NCBI GenBank assembly: GCA_037447435.1
Contig: JBBIGR010000003.1
Coordinates: 96,001-160,000 of the forward strand
DNA from: Fibrobacteria bacterium
GTDB taxonomy: Bacteria > Fibrobacterota > Chitinivibrionia > Chitinivibrionales > FEN-1185
Direction of reading: 5' to 3'
DNA length: 64,000 nucleotides
Within the stretch, counting starts at the first letter, position 1; each line of letters opens with the position of its first letter. The translations under genes and the position numbers were made by a program. A model generated the notes under the pieces. It searched no databases. It saw only the letters and a program-made list of their open reading frames with translations, and had not been told where the DNA came from. Of the stretch, positions 51,408 to 61,570 are shown piece after piece.

Positions 51408-52748
51408 TTGATGCGAAAAAAGGCTTTTGTATGCGGTATTCGTCACTATCGGCGTATTGCCGTTGTTGTTTTTGGATTAGGTTTCATGGTTCAATCAACG
51501 GTGTGTGCGCAAGGTTTGGCAGCATGGGCAAACAATAAAAGAATTATCATGAATACGAGTTCTACAGGTGCGAATATTGCCGGTGATGTAAAGGGCTTTC
51601 CTGTGCCCGTTATTCTTACTTCTGCAAATTTCGATTTTTCCCAGGCAAAAACAAACGGGGAAGACATTCGTTTTACCGATGCGTCGGGAAATTCGCTTCC
51701 CTATCAAATTGAGTCATGGGACGCGGTGGGAAAAAAAGCGGCAATTTGGGTACGGTCCGACGTAAAGGCAAACGACAATACGCAATATCTCGTCATGTAT
51801 TGGGGAAACGCGTCGGCGGCCGGTGAAAGCGACGGGAAAAAAGTGTTTACTTTGGAAGATGGTTGGGTAGGTGTGTGGCATATGAGCGAAGCCGGGAACA
51901 TCGTTGCCGGCGGTTATAAAGACGCAACGCCGAACCAGGCGGATGCGACAGGGTTCAATTTCACCGCGACAAACACTGCCGACGGCAGAATCGGAAAATG
52001 CCCGGAATTCAAATATGCTAGCAAGCGGTATCTTACCGTAGACGCGCCCAAGAAGTCTTTGTTCGATTTGACAAGTAAGATGACTTTTTCCATCTGGGTA
52101 AAAGCGACAAGCTATCCCACAGAATACATTACTATGTTTGCAAAAGGCGACGATTCCTGGCGCGTTCAAATGTACGGTATCTATTCCTGGGGCGACAATA
52201 ACAATAAGTACATAACGGAAATGTGCGTGGAAAACGGGGGCGGAGACGATTGCCTGGAACATCGCAAAGCAGGGGTGGAACTTAAACCGAACGAATGGAA
52301 CTTACTCACCATTGTGCACGATAACCCGAAAGTCACATATTATGTCAATACCGTGGATACGACTGCGACGAAAAGCGGAACCTGGACGTCCAATCCGCAA
52401 TGGCCTGTCGGAATTGGTTGCCAAACGCAAGGATCCCCGAATCGTTTTTACGACGGCTATTTGGACGAGGCGCGGGTTTTGAATGTTCCCAAAGACAAAA
52501 ACTGGGTCAAATTAAATTACGAAAGCCAAAGGGAAGGCGGAAAGTTCCTTGAATTTGGCACAGCCACCGGTATCGGCGCCTTCGCTACACGGGGCGTGAG
52601 CCAGTTACGCGGCAAATTTAACTCTGTCAATCGATACGATGTTCGCGGATGCGTCATAAAAGGAATTACGCCTATGGGTGTCTATGTGGAGCGGCTCGTT
52701 GGTCCCTTAGGGCAAAGTATCACTCGAACCTGTACAAAAATTCCTTAG
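51408..52748 (+). CDS. secreted DUF2341 + LamG/concanavalin-like protein
   Basis: GEDIRFTD..LPYQIESWD..AAIWV..MYWGN, GVWHM, GYLDEAR. Confidence 0.82.
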   Translation: MMRKKAFVCGIRHYRRIAVVVFGLGFMVQSTVCAQGLAAWANNKRIIMNTSSTGANIAGDVKGFPVPVILTSANFDFSQAKTNGEDIRFTDASGNSLPYQIESWDAVGKKAAIWVRSDVKANDNTQYLVMYWGNASAAGESDGKKVFTLEDGWVGVWHMSEAGNIVAGGYKDATPNQADATGFNFTATNTADGRIGKCPEFKYASKRYLTVDAPKKSLFDLTSKMTFSIWVKATSYPTEYITMFAKGDDSWRVQMYGIYSWGDNNNKYITEMCVENGGGDDCLEHRKAGVELKPNEWNLLTIVHDNPKVTYYVNTVDTTATKSGTWTSNPQWPVGIGCQTQGSPNRFYDGYLDEARVLNVPKDKNWVKLNYESQREGGKFLEFGTATGIGAFATRGVSQLRGKFNSVNRYDVRGCVIKGITPMGVYVERLVGPLGQSITRTCTKIP

Positions 52749-52788
52749 TGGTATAAACCAGCGCGACGAGGTAGGACCGTCCTTGTCA

Positions 52789-52820
52789 ATAAAAAAGCCC
52801 GCAATTGCGGGCTTTTTTAT
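52789..52820. terminator. bidirectional intrinsic terminator
   Basis: ATAAAAAAGCCCGC-AATT-GCGGGCTTTTTTAT. Confidence 0.9.
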
Positions 52821-52843
52821 CGGCTAACTTATTATGCACTAAA

Positions 52844-53884
52844 TTACTTGGCAATGAAAATATCGGGCCAGCGGTCGTTTCCGGTGTGGAAGGTGAGACG
52901 GGTTGCTGTCTTCTGGTCTGTTCCTATTTTCCATAAGTAAATTTCGTAATCGACGATGTCGTGTTCGTGGCCGTATTGTGTCGCTCCCCAAACCATGTAT
53001 TGGCCGTCCGGGCTGATTTGCGGGAAATATTCATGCGAGCGGCGGCCGGGAAGGTCCATGAAACGGAATTTCTTGTCGATGCCGAGCCCGCCGGGGACCG
53101 CGACCGGTTTGCCGTTTTCATCGATATCAAAGACAAGAACTTCGGTGCTGCCGTTGCCCTGGCCTTCATTCATACGGATGACACGTTTACCATTGGGAAA
53201 CCAGGAAACTTCACAGCCGCCACCCAGAAAATACCCTTCGTTTTTGGCAAAGTTCCAGATAACCGTATTGCGGGAGGTGCCGCGCAAGGTCATTGCAAGG
53301 GACTTGCCGTCCGGCGACATTTCCGGTTGCTGGGCAAACGTGTTTTTCTTATACGCTTTTTCAGCATCAAAAATTTCTTTTTCTTCTTTTGTCGTTAAAT
53401 TCTTTGTAAACACTTTCGATCCCCGGGCAAAAACGATTTCATTGCCCGACGGCCGCCAAGTGCCCCATACGGCATTTTCCGCAACTTTCGTTTCGCCGGT
53501 TCCGTCGATCTTGATCGTCCATATATCCCATTTCTCGAACATTTCAGCATCGTTTTCAGGGACAAAGCCCATTTTACTTCTTGTAAACAAAACGGTCTGG
53601 CCGTCCGGCGAAATACGAGGAAACCAATCAACGTTATTGGGGCTGACCGTAAGGGGTTTTTGGTCGGTACCATCGGCATTCATGATCCAAATATCGTGCT
53701 TTGTATTGGCGCGCGATGTCGACCATACGATTTTGCCTTTTATTGTTCCTTTTAACGCGTCCAGAGCCTTCTGTTCCGCTTTTTCCGGGGAGACCGCTGC
53801 GCCAAGAGGCGCTTCCTGGCCGAAGGCAATAAATGATAGAGAAACAAGAGCCGAGCAGGCGAGCATACCGAATCTTTTCAACAT
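52844..53884 (-). CDS. secreted TolB-like (PD40) beta-propeller protein
   Basis: signal peptide, repeated P..SPDG motifs, DIWIMNADGT. Confidence 0.82.
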   Translation of the reverse strand: MLKRFGMLACSALVSLSFIAFGQEAPLGAAVSPEKAEQKALDALKGTIKGKIVWSTSRANTKHDIWIMNADGTDQKPLTVSPNNVDWFPRISPDGQTVLFTRSKMGFVPENDAEMFEKWDIWTIKIDGTGETKVAENAVWGTWRPSGNEIVFARGSKVFTKNLTTKEEKEIFDAEKAYKKNTFAQQPEMSPDGKSLAMTLRGTSRNTVIWNFAKNEGYFLGGGCEVSWFPNGKRVIRMNEGQGNGSTEVLVFDIDENGKPVAVPGGLGIDKKFRFMDLPGRRSHEYFPQISPDGQYMVWGATQYGHEHDIVDYEIYLWKIGTDQKTATRLTFHTGNDRWPDIFIAK

Positions 53885-53996
53885 GGAAACCTCGCTTCTA
53901 TTAAAACAAGTTTAAGATTAATAATTAAAGATTAAAAAGTAAAAATTAAAGATAATCTTGAATCTTTAATTTTGAATTCGTATTCACGAGTGAAAT

Positions 53997-55994
53997 TTAT
54001 TTCGTATCCAAAGGCTGCCATAATTGGCTGTAATTAAATAAATCGCGCGACACCATCATGTAAATGACCACCCGTTTTTTGTCCAAAGCGTTTTTACGTG
54101 CCCGATAAAATTTATCCCGCACCAAGGGGCCGCCGCCCCAGCTGGTAACGATATCAACGGGAATTTGTGTTTGCGCCGCAATATGCGCTCCAACGCCGGC
54201 AGCTTTACAATCCACTAATTCAAAGACGCCGGTAAAACTGTCGCCGATGAGCATAACGGGCGCATCGGGATTGCCGCCTTTAAAAGCCGCACCGTCGGGA
54301 GTGAATACCCGTTGCGCGGCAAGTTCCACGGCGTTAAAGGAGGTTTTGTCGGCTTCCGCAAGTTTGTCGACTATGTCGCCCTGGCGCAAAAACGTCGTGT
54401 CTTTGACCGTGTACTTGACTTTAGGCACTTCGGAATACCAGGAATACGTCTTGATCCTGTCCGACAATGCTTGAGCCGCGATTGCCAGACCTCTGGATGT
54501 CCAATGCGTGTCGTGTTTTTGATACAGGGCTTCCTTGCTTTTCTCGTCATCCTTTTTTGCGGCCAAAAATGCAGGTAACAAATCGACGACTTCAACGCCG
54601 GCTGCTTGAATGTCCTTCAGCATTTTCCGGGCATAGGGATGGATTAATTCGTAATTGTCTTTCGGTGCATTATTCAAAGGCAATTTGTCGTAATACACAT
54701 CCGATTTATTGGGGATCGGGACAAATAAAAGGGATATGTTTTTGCTTTTAAGGATTTTGTTGAATTCGATGAGATGCGGTATCGGGTTTTTGTCCGGTGC
54801 CTGTAAAGACATGTCGCCGCTGTTCAGGTACGATGCTTCGCCCCTGAAAAACAGCCAATTATCCTTGCCTTTAAAACCCATTTGCGCCGCGGGTAATGCG
54901 TTTACATAAGAAAGAAGCGAAGCCCGGAACGGTTCGTCTTTTTTAGCCCAGGCCGGGTAATCGCCGTTGGTTTTAATTTCCATTTCGAAACGGGTATTGT
55001 TGTCCTTGAAATTTTTCGAGACCGCCGAGTCTAACACGTGGGGGACAGACCGGGCGGCAGGCGAAGTCGCTGCTTGCGCAACAGCGGGTTTTTCGGCTCC
55101 GAAATCGACGAGATACACGTTGAAAAGTTTTTTCCCGTACGGCGTACCGCGAATGACAACCAAAGGATTTGCAACGGTTTGGCCTTTGAGCTCCTTGACA
55201 ATATCTTTTTCGGTTTCAGGAGTCGGCCACTTTGATTGCCCCGTCATGTCGACGACATCGGTATTAAGTTTTGGGTACCAGTACGAAGCAAGAACATTGG
55301 CCCAATCAACGACCTGGTCTTTTGTAAGTATTGTTTTGCAATAATCGTTTTGTATCCACAAAAGCGCCTTTGCCAGTACGGTTTTGTCAACAGACGCCAG
55401 GTTCAGTTTACCGTATACTTCTTTGAATCCGTCTTTGTCTTCGTCGCCAATGGTAGGGTCTAAAAATTTGACCCATGGTTTAAATTCCACTTTGACCCAC
55501 AGCTCCGCCGATTCGCCGCTCCCATGAATATAAACGGCAGCGATTTCCTGATAGGGAATGAATATCGATTCATCGCCCCATTTATAACCGGCAATTTTAG
55601 CGACCACCTGCGCGATGGCATCGGATTTGGTTATTTCCCACAATTTGTTCGCAAGCGGGTCCCATGCCAAAGCATTTTGCTTTTCCGCATCGGTTAGAGG
55701 CGTTTGGGACAAAGTGGCGCATTGATTGATAAGAGCGCCGTTGAAGGTCATGTCGCCGATCCCCGGCTTTTTCGCCGGTTTTTTTGGCGATTGCGGCGCA
55801 GGGTCGAAGCGCACGGGATTTGCCGAATAGGCCGCATAATCGAGATTCGCTAGCGTCGGCACGGCAATGGACCGTATCATGACGCGCGACGTTACACGGT
55901 TATAATTTTTATTCACCTGTTCATAGGGTTTTGCGTTTACGAGCATTGCCGAACAAACAAGAAATGCAACAACAGCCTTTTTGTAATGTGACAT
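53997..55994 (-). CDS. AlgX/AlgJ-like SGNH O-acyltransferase with long N-terminal domain
   Basis: GKDNWLFF, PIPNKS, DTHW, IGDSF; signal peptide. Confidence 0.82.
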   Translation of the reverse strand: MSHYKKAVVAFLVCSAMLVNAKPYEQVNKNYNRVTSRVMIRSIAVPTLANLDYAAYSANPVRFDPAPQSPKKPAKKPGIGDMTFNGALINQCATLSQTPLTDAEKQNALAWDPLANKLWEITKSDAIAQVVAKIAGYKWGDESIFIPYQEIAAVYIHGSGESAELWVKVEFKPWVKFLDPTIGDEDKDGFKEVYGKLNLASVDKTVLAKALLWIQNDYCKTILTKDQVVDWANVLASYWYPKLNTDVVDMTGQSKWPTPETEKDIVKELKGQTVANPLVVIRGTPYGKKLFNVYLVDFGAEKPAVAQAATSPAARSVPHVLDSAVSKNFKDNNTRFEMEIKTNGDYPAWAKKDEPFRASLLSYVNALPAAQMGFKGKDNWLFFRGEASYLNSGDMSLQAPDKNPIPHLIEFNKILKSKNISLLFVPIPNKSDVYYDKLPLNNAPKDNYELIHPYARKMLKDIQAAGVEVVDLLPAFLAAKKDDEKSKEALYQKHDTHWTSRGLAIAAQALSDRIKTYSWYSEVPKVKYTVKDTTFLRQGDIVDKLAEADKTSFNAVELAAQRVFTPDGAAFKGGNPDAPVMLIGDSFTGVFELVDCKAAGVGAHIAAQTQIPVDIVTSWGGGPLVRDKFYRARKNALDKKRVVIYMMVSRDLFNYSQLWQPLDTK

Positions 55995-56012
55995 TTTTAT
56001 AGATCCTTTTTA

Positions 56013-56095
56013 CGGAGAGACGCACGGCGGTGCGACTCTCATAAAATCGATTGTATTTTGCAAAGATACGAGACGCACCGCCGTGCGTCTCTCCG
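56013..56095. repeat. REP doublet (REPIN-like inverted pair)
   Basis: 22-bp perfect inverted arms CGGAGAGACGCACGGCGGTGCG at 56013-56034 and 56074-56095. Confidence 0.8.
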
Positions 56096-56116
56096 AGGAA
56101 ATAATACCTGGGCGGT

Positions 56117-57766
56117 TTACTTTCCCGCTACCTGCAGCGGAACGTCTTTCCACCCTTCTTCGCCAAACCTGAAATCGCGTTCAACCACTTCCCATACCAC
56201 CACTTTTTTGCCGTTTAGCAGCGATGCCTTTCGCGCGAGCGATTGGCGAACGAGCGTCGACGCGCCGCCGTCGTTGACAATAGAGGCAACCGGCTGCGAG
56301 AGTTCATAGGCGCAATGGGCTATCCATCCTGCGGAGCGAGGCTCGTCGGTCTGGTAAATGCGGGAGAAAGAGTCGCCCAAAATGAGAACCTGGGAATTCT
56401 TATAATCATCCTTGTAAAGGACCCGCGAGGTGGTGCCGGTGGCATCGTCTTTTGCAAGAGTGAATACCTGATAGCATTTTGTTTTTTCGGTGGGGAAGCT
56501 CATTCCCAAATCATGGATTTTAAGGGACGGCAGCGTTGTCATGACGCCGACGTCGCCATTACGTTCGATAACGACCGAATCCAATTCATACGGAGTCGTT
56601 CCCGGAGTATACCAGGGATATTTTTTAATGCGTTCCGCAATAACATGAGCCGCAAGCCTGGCACCGCGGGCGCGCCAATGCGTGTCTTTGGCAAGATACA
56701 GAGAATCGCCGGCAATCGCGTCGTTTTTGCGTTCCTGTGCAAATGCGGAAAACAAATCCACCGCTTCGACGCCGTTTTTGCCCAATTCCTGAATAATTTT
56801 CAGGGAATGGCTGAAAGTCCCTGATTTGTCGGGAGAGACTTTCGAATTAAGAATGTCGGGATAAATGCTGGCCTTGACAGGTATTATCATGACAAGGAGG
56901 TCTATGCCGCGCTGCTGCAGCTGGTCCTTGAATTTGACAATCGCTTTGATCGGATCGTCGGACAAGGGCTTGTCGTTCGGATCCACAATGATGGAACGTG
57001 GATCGCGTACCGAGGGGCGAACAAGGTAATCGACATCCGGTTTGTAAAAGAACCAGTTGTTGACGTCGCCGGGAACCGCTTTTTCTCCAAGGTCATCAAA
57101 CAAAACAAAACGGGTATACAACATTGCCGGACGAATCGCCGTGGCGAATACCGACGTGTTTTCCATTTCCTTTTCATAGGGCCTCAGATACAAATCGTTC
57201 CAAAAAATGTGCGGAATGTTTTTTGTCGCAAGCAGAGGAACGCTGACGGTTGTTTTCTTGGGGTTTTGCGCGATAAGGTCCGCGATTTGTGCCTGGATTC
57301 CGTGAACCGAAACAGTAAGGGAATCCGCTGAGGCACCGTTTCTTAGCGCAGTCAAAACATCCGAAAATCCCTGGGAAAGACTGCCGAGCTTTGCAAAAAG
57401 TTCAGTCGTCGTATCTGCTTTGACATGGCGGTTGATGGTCGACGCGGATTTTTTAATATCCGAAACCAAAAACAGCGCGTCGTCGGCGATCTGTTCCGCA
57501 GTGCATGATTCCCATTTTTTGTCGGGCGCTACCGACCGGGACTTATTGATTTCTGCGAGTAGATTCTCGGATTGCTTTTGCGTTTTAACCAAAAGCCCGT
57601 TTATTGCGTTCGCCTTGGAAAAAGGCGTGACAATCGCATCGACAACCAGGTCGAGCGCTTGTACCTTGTGGTATTTGACATATTCGACGCACCCCTGGAT
57701 GATCGGCACCGAATAAATCACTGCAAGGAAAAAAACGATAAAAACGATACTGTGTTTTCTATTCAT
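56117..57766 (-). CDS. AlgJ-like SGNH O-acyltransferase, N-terminally membrane anchored
   Basis: WFFY, IPVKASIYP, DTHW, LGDSF, VVWEVVERD. Confidence 0.85.
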   Translation of the reverse strand: MNRKHSIVFIVFFLAVIYSVPIIQGCVEYVKYHKVQALDLVVDAIVTPFSKANAINGLLVKTQKQSENLLAEINKSRSVAPDKKWESCTAEQIADDALFLVSDIKKSASTINRHVKADTTTELFAKLGSLSQGFSDVLTALRNGASADSLTVSVHGIQAQIADLIAQNPKKTTVSVPLLATKNIPHIFWNDLYLRPYEKEMENTSVFATAIRPAMLYTRFVLFDDLGEKAVPGDVNNWFFYKPDVDYLVRPSVRDPRSIIVDPNDKPLSDDPIKAIVKFKDQLQQRGIDLLVMIIPVKASIYPDILNSKVSPDKSGTFSHSLKIIQELGKNGVEAVDLFSAFAQERKNDAIAGDSLYLAKDTHWRARGARLAAHVIAERIKKYPWYTPGTTPYELDSVVIERNGDVGVMTTLPSLKIHDLGMSFPTEKTKCYQVFTLAKDDATGTTSRVLYKDDYKNSQVLILGDSFSRIYQTDEPRSAGWIAHCAYELSQPVASIVNDGGASTLVRQSLARKASLLNGKKVVVWEVVERDFRFGEEGWKDVPLQVAGK

Positions 57767-57839
57767 TGTATTAGTCCTCTTTGAAACTTTTCATTATTTA
57801 AAATCAATAAAATCCTGTTTGTTATCTCTTATGCTATGC

Positions 57840-59267
57840 TCAGAACTGGAAATATAAAAAGGGATTGAACGTTTGAGTGAACATACCGCAAATTGCCAAT
57901 AAAAACAGGACTGCGCAAACCGCCATTTTGGGTAAAGTCAGCTTTTTTACCCAATCATGGGCTTGTATCGGCTGTAATACGAGAATTGCGCACAATACCA
58001 TTTCAAAGATATGCCGGGGAGTAAATATTTGACTGCTCAGAAGCGCGGCAGACGCCACGGGTTTGACAACTCCGACCATGGATCCCCAGTATGCAAGGCC
58101 TTGCTTAAGATCCGGAGCGCGGAATACCACCCAACCAAACAGCACGAGAATATTGGTGATGACGATTTGAAGCCACACGGGTAACCAGGCATAGACGGTC
58201 TTTTTTCCAATCAGGCGTTCAAAAACAAGAAACAGTCCCTGATACAATCCCCATACTACGAAAGTGTATTTTGCTCCATGCCACAAACCGCAGAGGAAAA
58301 AGGTAAGACAAAGGTTGAAATAGGTACGGCCGTTGCCTTTTCTGTTTCCTCCCAATGCTCCTATGTATAGATAATCCATGATGAATGCGGACAAGGTCAT
58401 ATGCCATCTCTTCCAGAACATCTGAATACTGGTAGAGAGGTACGGCGCGTTGAAGTTCTTCGGAAACTCGATGCCAAGCATTTTCGCGAGTCCAACCGCC
58501 ATGTCCGAATAACCGCAGAAATCGAAATAAATCTGGAAATGATACGCAAGAATTCCCCACCATGAGTTTATCACGCCCGGATTATCCGCACCAAAAACCG
58601 CATCGGCAACAGCACCCGCAGAGTTGGCAAGAAGGATCTTTTTTGCAAATCCCAGCATGAAAATACCGAGTCCGGTTGTAAACTTTTCAACAGTATGGGT
58701 ACGGACGGCAAGCTGTTCAGCTACCGTGCTGTAACGAATAATTGGGCCGGCAATAAGGTGCGGAAACAAACCGATAAAACAGGAAAATGTTGGAAAATTG
58801 CGTGCGGGTTGTGCATCGCCGCGATACAAATCGATGGTATAACTTAATGCGACGAACGTGTAAAACGAAATACCCGAAGGCAGCAGGATGTTCATCACGT
58901 GGAAGTAATTTGGTCCTAAACCTAAAAGCCCCATGATATGGTTGACGTTTTCCATTGTAAACATGTAGTACTTGAAAAACAAAAGCAGTCCCATATCGCC
59001 GATGATGGCGGTCATGAGCGCGGCCTTTCGCTTCCACTGATCCTGGTTCGGTTTTGTGATGATTTTTCCGCAGACATAATCCCAGGTGGTGGACGCAAAC
59101 ATGAGCACGACAAACCATGGAACGAGCCAGCCGTAGAATATGTAACTGGCAATGGTTATCCAGGTATTTTTGGGATAAAGCCCTTTCCACTGAAACGGCA
59201 AAAGGTAATAAATAGCAAAGAAAATCGGCAAAAAGTAGAATAAAAATATATGCGACGAGAAAACCAT
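57840..59267 (-). CDS. MBOAT O-acyltransferase (AlgI/PatA-like)
   Basis: MVFSS..FLF, GISFYTF, FPHLIAGPI, YFDFCGYSDMA, FWKRWH, GLWHGA, FLYFQF. Confidence 0.93.
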   Translation of the reverse strand: MVFSSHIFLFYFLPIFFAIYYLLPFQWKGLYPKNTWITIASYIFYGWLVPWFVVLMFASTTWDYVCGKIITKPNQDQWKRKAALMTAIIGDMGLLLFFKYYMFTMENVNHIMGLLGLGPNYFHVMNILLPSGISFYTFVALSYTIDLYRGDAQPARNFPTFSCFIGLFPHLIAGPIIRYSTVAEQLAVRTHTVEKFTTGLGIFMLGFAKKILLANSAGAVADAVFGADNPGVINSWWGILAYHFQIYFDFCGYSDMAVGLAKMLGIEFPKNFNAPYLSTSIQMFWKRWHMTLSAFIMDYLYIGALGGNRKGNGRTYFNLCLTFFLCGLWHGAKYTFVVWGLYQGLFLVFERLIGKKTVYAWLPVWLQIVITNILVLFGWVVFRAPDLKQGLAYWGSMVGVVKPVASAALLSSQIFTPRHIFEMVLCAILVLQPIQAHDWVKKLTLPKMAVCAVLFLLAICGMFTQTFNPFLYFQF

Positions 59268-59293
59268 AATTAAATACTCCTCGGGTTGTGTCA

Positions 59294-59340
59294 CCCCTAC
59301 GCAGAAGGCCCCGATAAAATCGTGATCTTCTGGGTAGGGG
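59294..59340. repeat. intergenic inverted repeat (14-bp arms, 1 mismatch)
   Basis: CCCCTACGCAGAAG ... CTTCTGGGTAGGGG. Confidence 0.6.
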
Positions 59341-59379
59341 ATAAAGTCAAAGGCCTTCTGGAAAAATGCGTTCTAAAAA

Positions 59380-59904
59380 TTACTGTGCAAGGTCGGTTCT
59401 TACCGCGAAATATTTATCGAGGTTAGAGTCCGTGTATTCATCCTCAACCGCGTCCTTCCAGACTTTATCTATAGGCTTGATCAATGTCAGTTTGTGTTTG
59501 GCGCCAACGTCGAATTTGTCCGCATTGCCTGCCACGCATTTTTTCATCGCGTCTTTGATTTGAGCCCGGGGAATAAGCGGATTATACTGGCCCACGAGAA
59601 TGTCTTGTTCTTTATAGGTACCTTTGACGACGGTGAGTACGCGGTATTTCATGACGTACACATAATTGTACAGATCGTTCGGCGCGAATTTACCGGGAAT
59701 TTCGGTAATGCGTGCGACCACAACAAGGGTATCGTTTGTTTTCGAAGTCGCCGTTGTTTCTTTTTTAGCAACGGGCGCAGCGGTTGCTTTGTCGGTTTTT
59801 ACGGCCGGCTTTTTTGCGGCCGGAGAATCGGCCTGGGCAAAACATAATGAAACGAATGCTGCGCTGCAAAGCAGTCCTTTACATATGGTGGAAATGGGCT
59901 TCAT
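59380..59904 (-). CDS. secreted hypothetical protein
   Basis: signal peptide, Ala/Lys/Thr linker, compact beta-rich domain; AGGAGG RBS. Confidence 0.75.
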   Translation of the reverse strand: MKPISTICKGLLCSAAFVSLCFAQADSPAAKKPAVKTDKATAAPVAKKETTATSKTNDTLVVVARITEIPGKFAPNDLYNYVYVMKYRVLTVVKGTYKEQDILVGQYNPLIPRAQIKDAMKKCVAGNADKFDVGAKHKLTLIKPIDKVWKDAVEDEYTDSNLDKYFAVRTDLAQ

Positions 59905-59942
59905 GAAAACCTCCTAAAAAGGGATGATGGTTATTATAGAGA

Positions 59943-60842
59943 TTAAGTTCTTGGAAAAACGTTTTTTAAAAAAAGCGAAACCTTTACCGGCGCATACCCC
60001 AAATCGTTTTGCGCCTCTGCCGGGTCCAGGTTCGCATCCTGGGTAATGCCGCAAATAGTTTGCCGTGACAATACCGGTTTTGACTGTGCAAACTTCAAGA
60101 AAAATGCGATAACAAAACACAACCATACGGGAATATGCGCTATTTTCTTCTTTGTAAGTCCCATACAATCCAGGCATAACCGCGAAAAATCCTTTATCGA
60201 GACCGCTTCGCCTCCGCTGAAATTGTAGGTTTTCCCTATGGTCGTCTCATTGGAATGCAACGCAATAAGTCCTTTTATGATATCGTCGACAAAAACCGGG
60301 CGTTTGAGCGCGTTGCCGTTGCCAATGAAAGGAACGATTGGGAATTTTTTAAGATAATCGAGGTACATGTCGAATTCCTGCCCGCCCTGTTTTCCGTACA
60401 CCAGCGTCGGCCGTATTATGGTAAACCGCAATCCCGATTGTTTGACAATTGATTCTGCGGATCGTTTGGATAACGAATAAGGTGTCGGATTCGGATACAC
60501 GACCGATGCGCTTGACACATATATAAAATGATCCACGGACGATCGTACCGCTTCCGCCACGATGTTTTTTGTACCCTGTACATTGATCGTATCGAATTTC
60601 GTTTTGTCCGGTGAAATGATGATTGCCGCAAGATGATACACGGTTGTAACGCCGTCGCAAAGTCCGGCGCAGTCCTTTTTGTTACTTATATCGCCGTAGC
60701 GGATATCGCTGCAGAATTCGCGTATCCGTTCAACGGCTTTATCATTGGGTATGCAAAGCACCCGAATCCGCTGGCCCCTCTGCGCAAAATGCCTCACCAG
60801 CACGCTTCCCATTGCTCCGCATCCGCCGGTGATCAATATCAT
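59943..60842 (-). CDS. NAD(P)-dependent epimerase/dehydratase (atypical SDR)
   Basis: TGGCGAMG, HLAA, YSLSK, IRPTLVYG. Confidence 0.87.
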   Translation of the reverse strand: MILITGGCGAMGSVLVRHFAQRGQRIRVLCIPNDKAVERIREFCSDIRYGDISNKKDCAGLCDGVTTVYHLAAIIISPDKTKFDTINVQGTKNIVAEAVRSSVDHFIYVSSASVVYPNPTPYSLSKRSAESIVKQSGLRFTIIRPTLVYGKQGGQEFDMYLDYLKKFPIVPFIGNGNALKRPVFVDDIIKGLIALHSNETTIGKTYNFSGGEAVSIKDFSRLCLDCMGLTKKKIAHIPVWLCFVIAFFLKFAQSKPVLSRQTICGITQDANLDPAEAQNDLGYAPVKVSLFLKNVFPRT

Positions 60843-61570
60843 AACGTTTTGTACTTTCCCATCGCAAATTTCCCCATTACCAGTAATACCCGTAAACCAT
60901 AGGTCAAAGGGTTTAAATATGAAATTTCCCCCGCATAGCGAGTCGGTATCGGCATTTCACGGATATTTAAATTCCCGGTTTTGGCACAGGCTATGACTTC
61001 CAAATCAAAATCAAACGAAGAACTCAAGCGGTAAAATGGAATCGTGTTCAACGCATTTCTACCATAAAAAAGCATTCCGCTGTGGTAATCGGTCATTGAT
61101 AAATCGAAAACCTTATTTTCAAAGAACGTCAGAATTCTGTTTGCAATATATTTGTATAACGGCATTCCTCCGGATAACGCGGTTCCCGAAGCGATCCGGG
61201 AACCCTGAAGGATGTCGATGGATTCTTTCGACATTTTATTGACGAATTCGACGATGCATTCTGGCGGATACTGGCCGTCGCTGTGAAGGCATACCGCAAA
61301 ATCGCAATCGTCCTGCATGCAACGTACCAAACCTTCCCGTACCGTTTTTCCATACCCGCGGTTCCAACCAAAATGAATGCATCGAATCTTGTCATTAGCT
61401 TTTGCCAGAGCGTCGGCCGTTTCTTTTGTTGCGTCTTTAGAACCGTCGTCGATGATCCACACATGCTCGACGATATTCCATAGGTCGTCCGAAAATCTTG
61501 CCAAGAGGCCCGGAAGCGTTTGGGACGCATTATATGCCGGAATAAAAATTGAAATCCGGGAGTCAATCAG
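60839..61570 (-). CDS. GT2 glycosyltransferase (polyprenyl-phosphate glycosyltransferase-like)
   Basis: ISIFIPAYNA (upstream of the track start), IDDGSKD, NRGYG, HSDGQY, GSR, FDFDLE, PIPTRY; start probably CTG 61570 or ATT 61567. Confidence 0.88.
   Translation of the reverse strand: MIDSRISIFIPAYNASQTLPGLLARFSDDLWNIVEHVWIIDDGSKDATKETADALAKANDKIRCIHFGWNRGYGKTVREGLVRCMQDDCDFAVCLHSDGQYPPECIVEFVNKMSKESIDILQGSRIASGTALSGGMPLYKYIANRILTFFENKVFDLSMTDYHSGMLFYGRNALNTIPFYRLSSSFDFDLEVIACAKTGNLNIREMPIPTRYAGEISYLNPLTYGLRVLLVMGKFAMGKYKTL

Noticed and set aside
52956..53915. 319-aa + strand ORF
   Set aside because: Antisense shadow of the TolB-like gene
53910..53980. AT-rich short degenerate repeats (ATTAAAG/AAAATT)
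   Set aside because: Low-complexity intergenic repeat or hairpin with no spacers; not CRISPR
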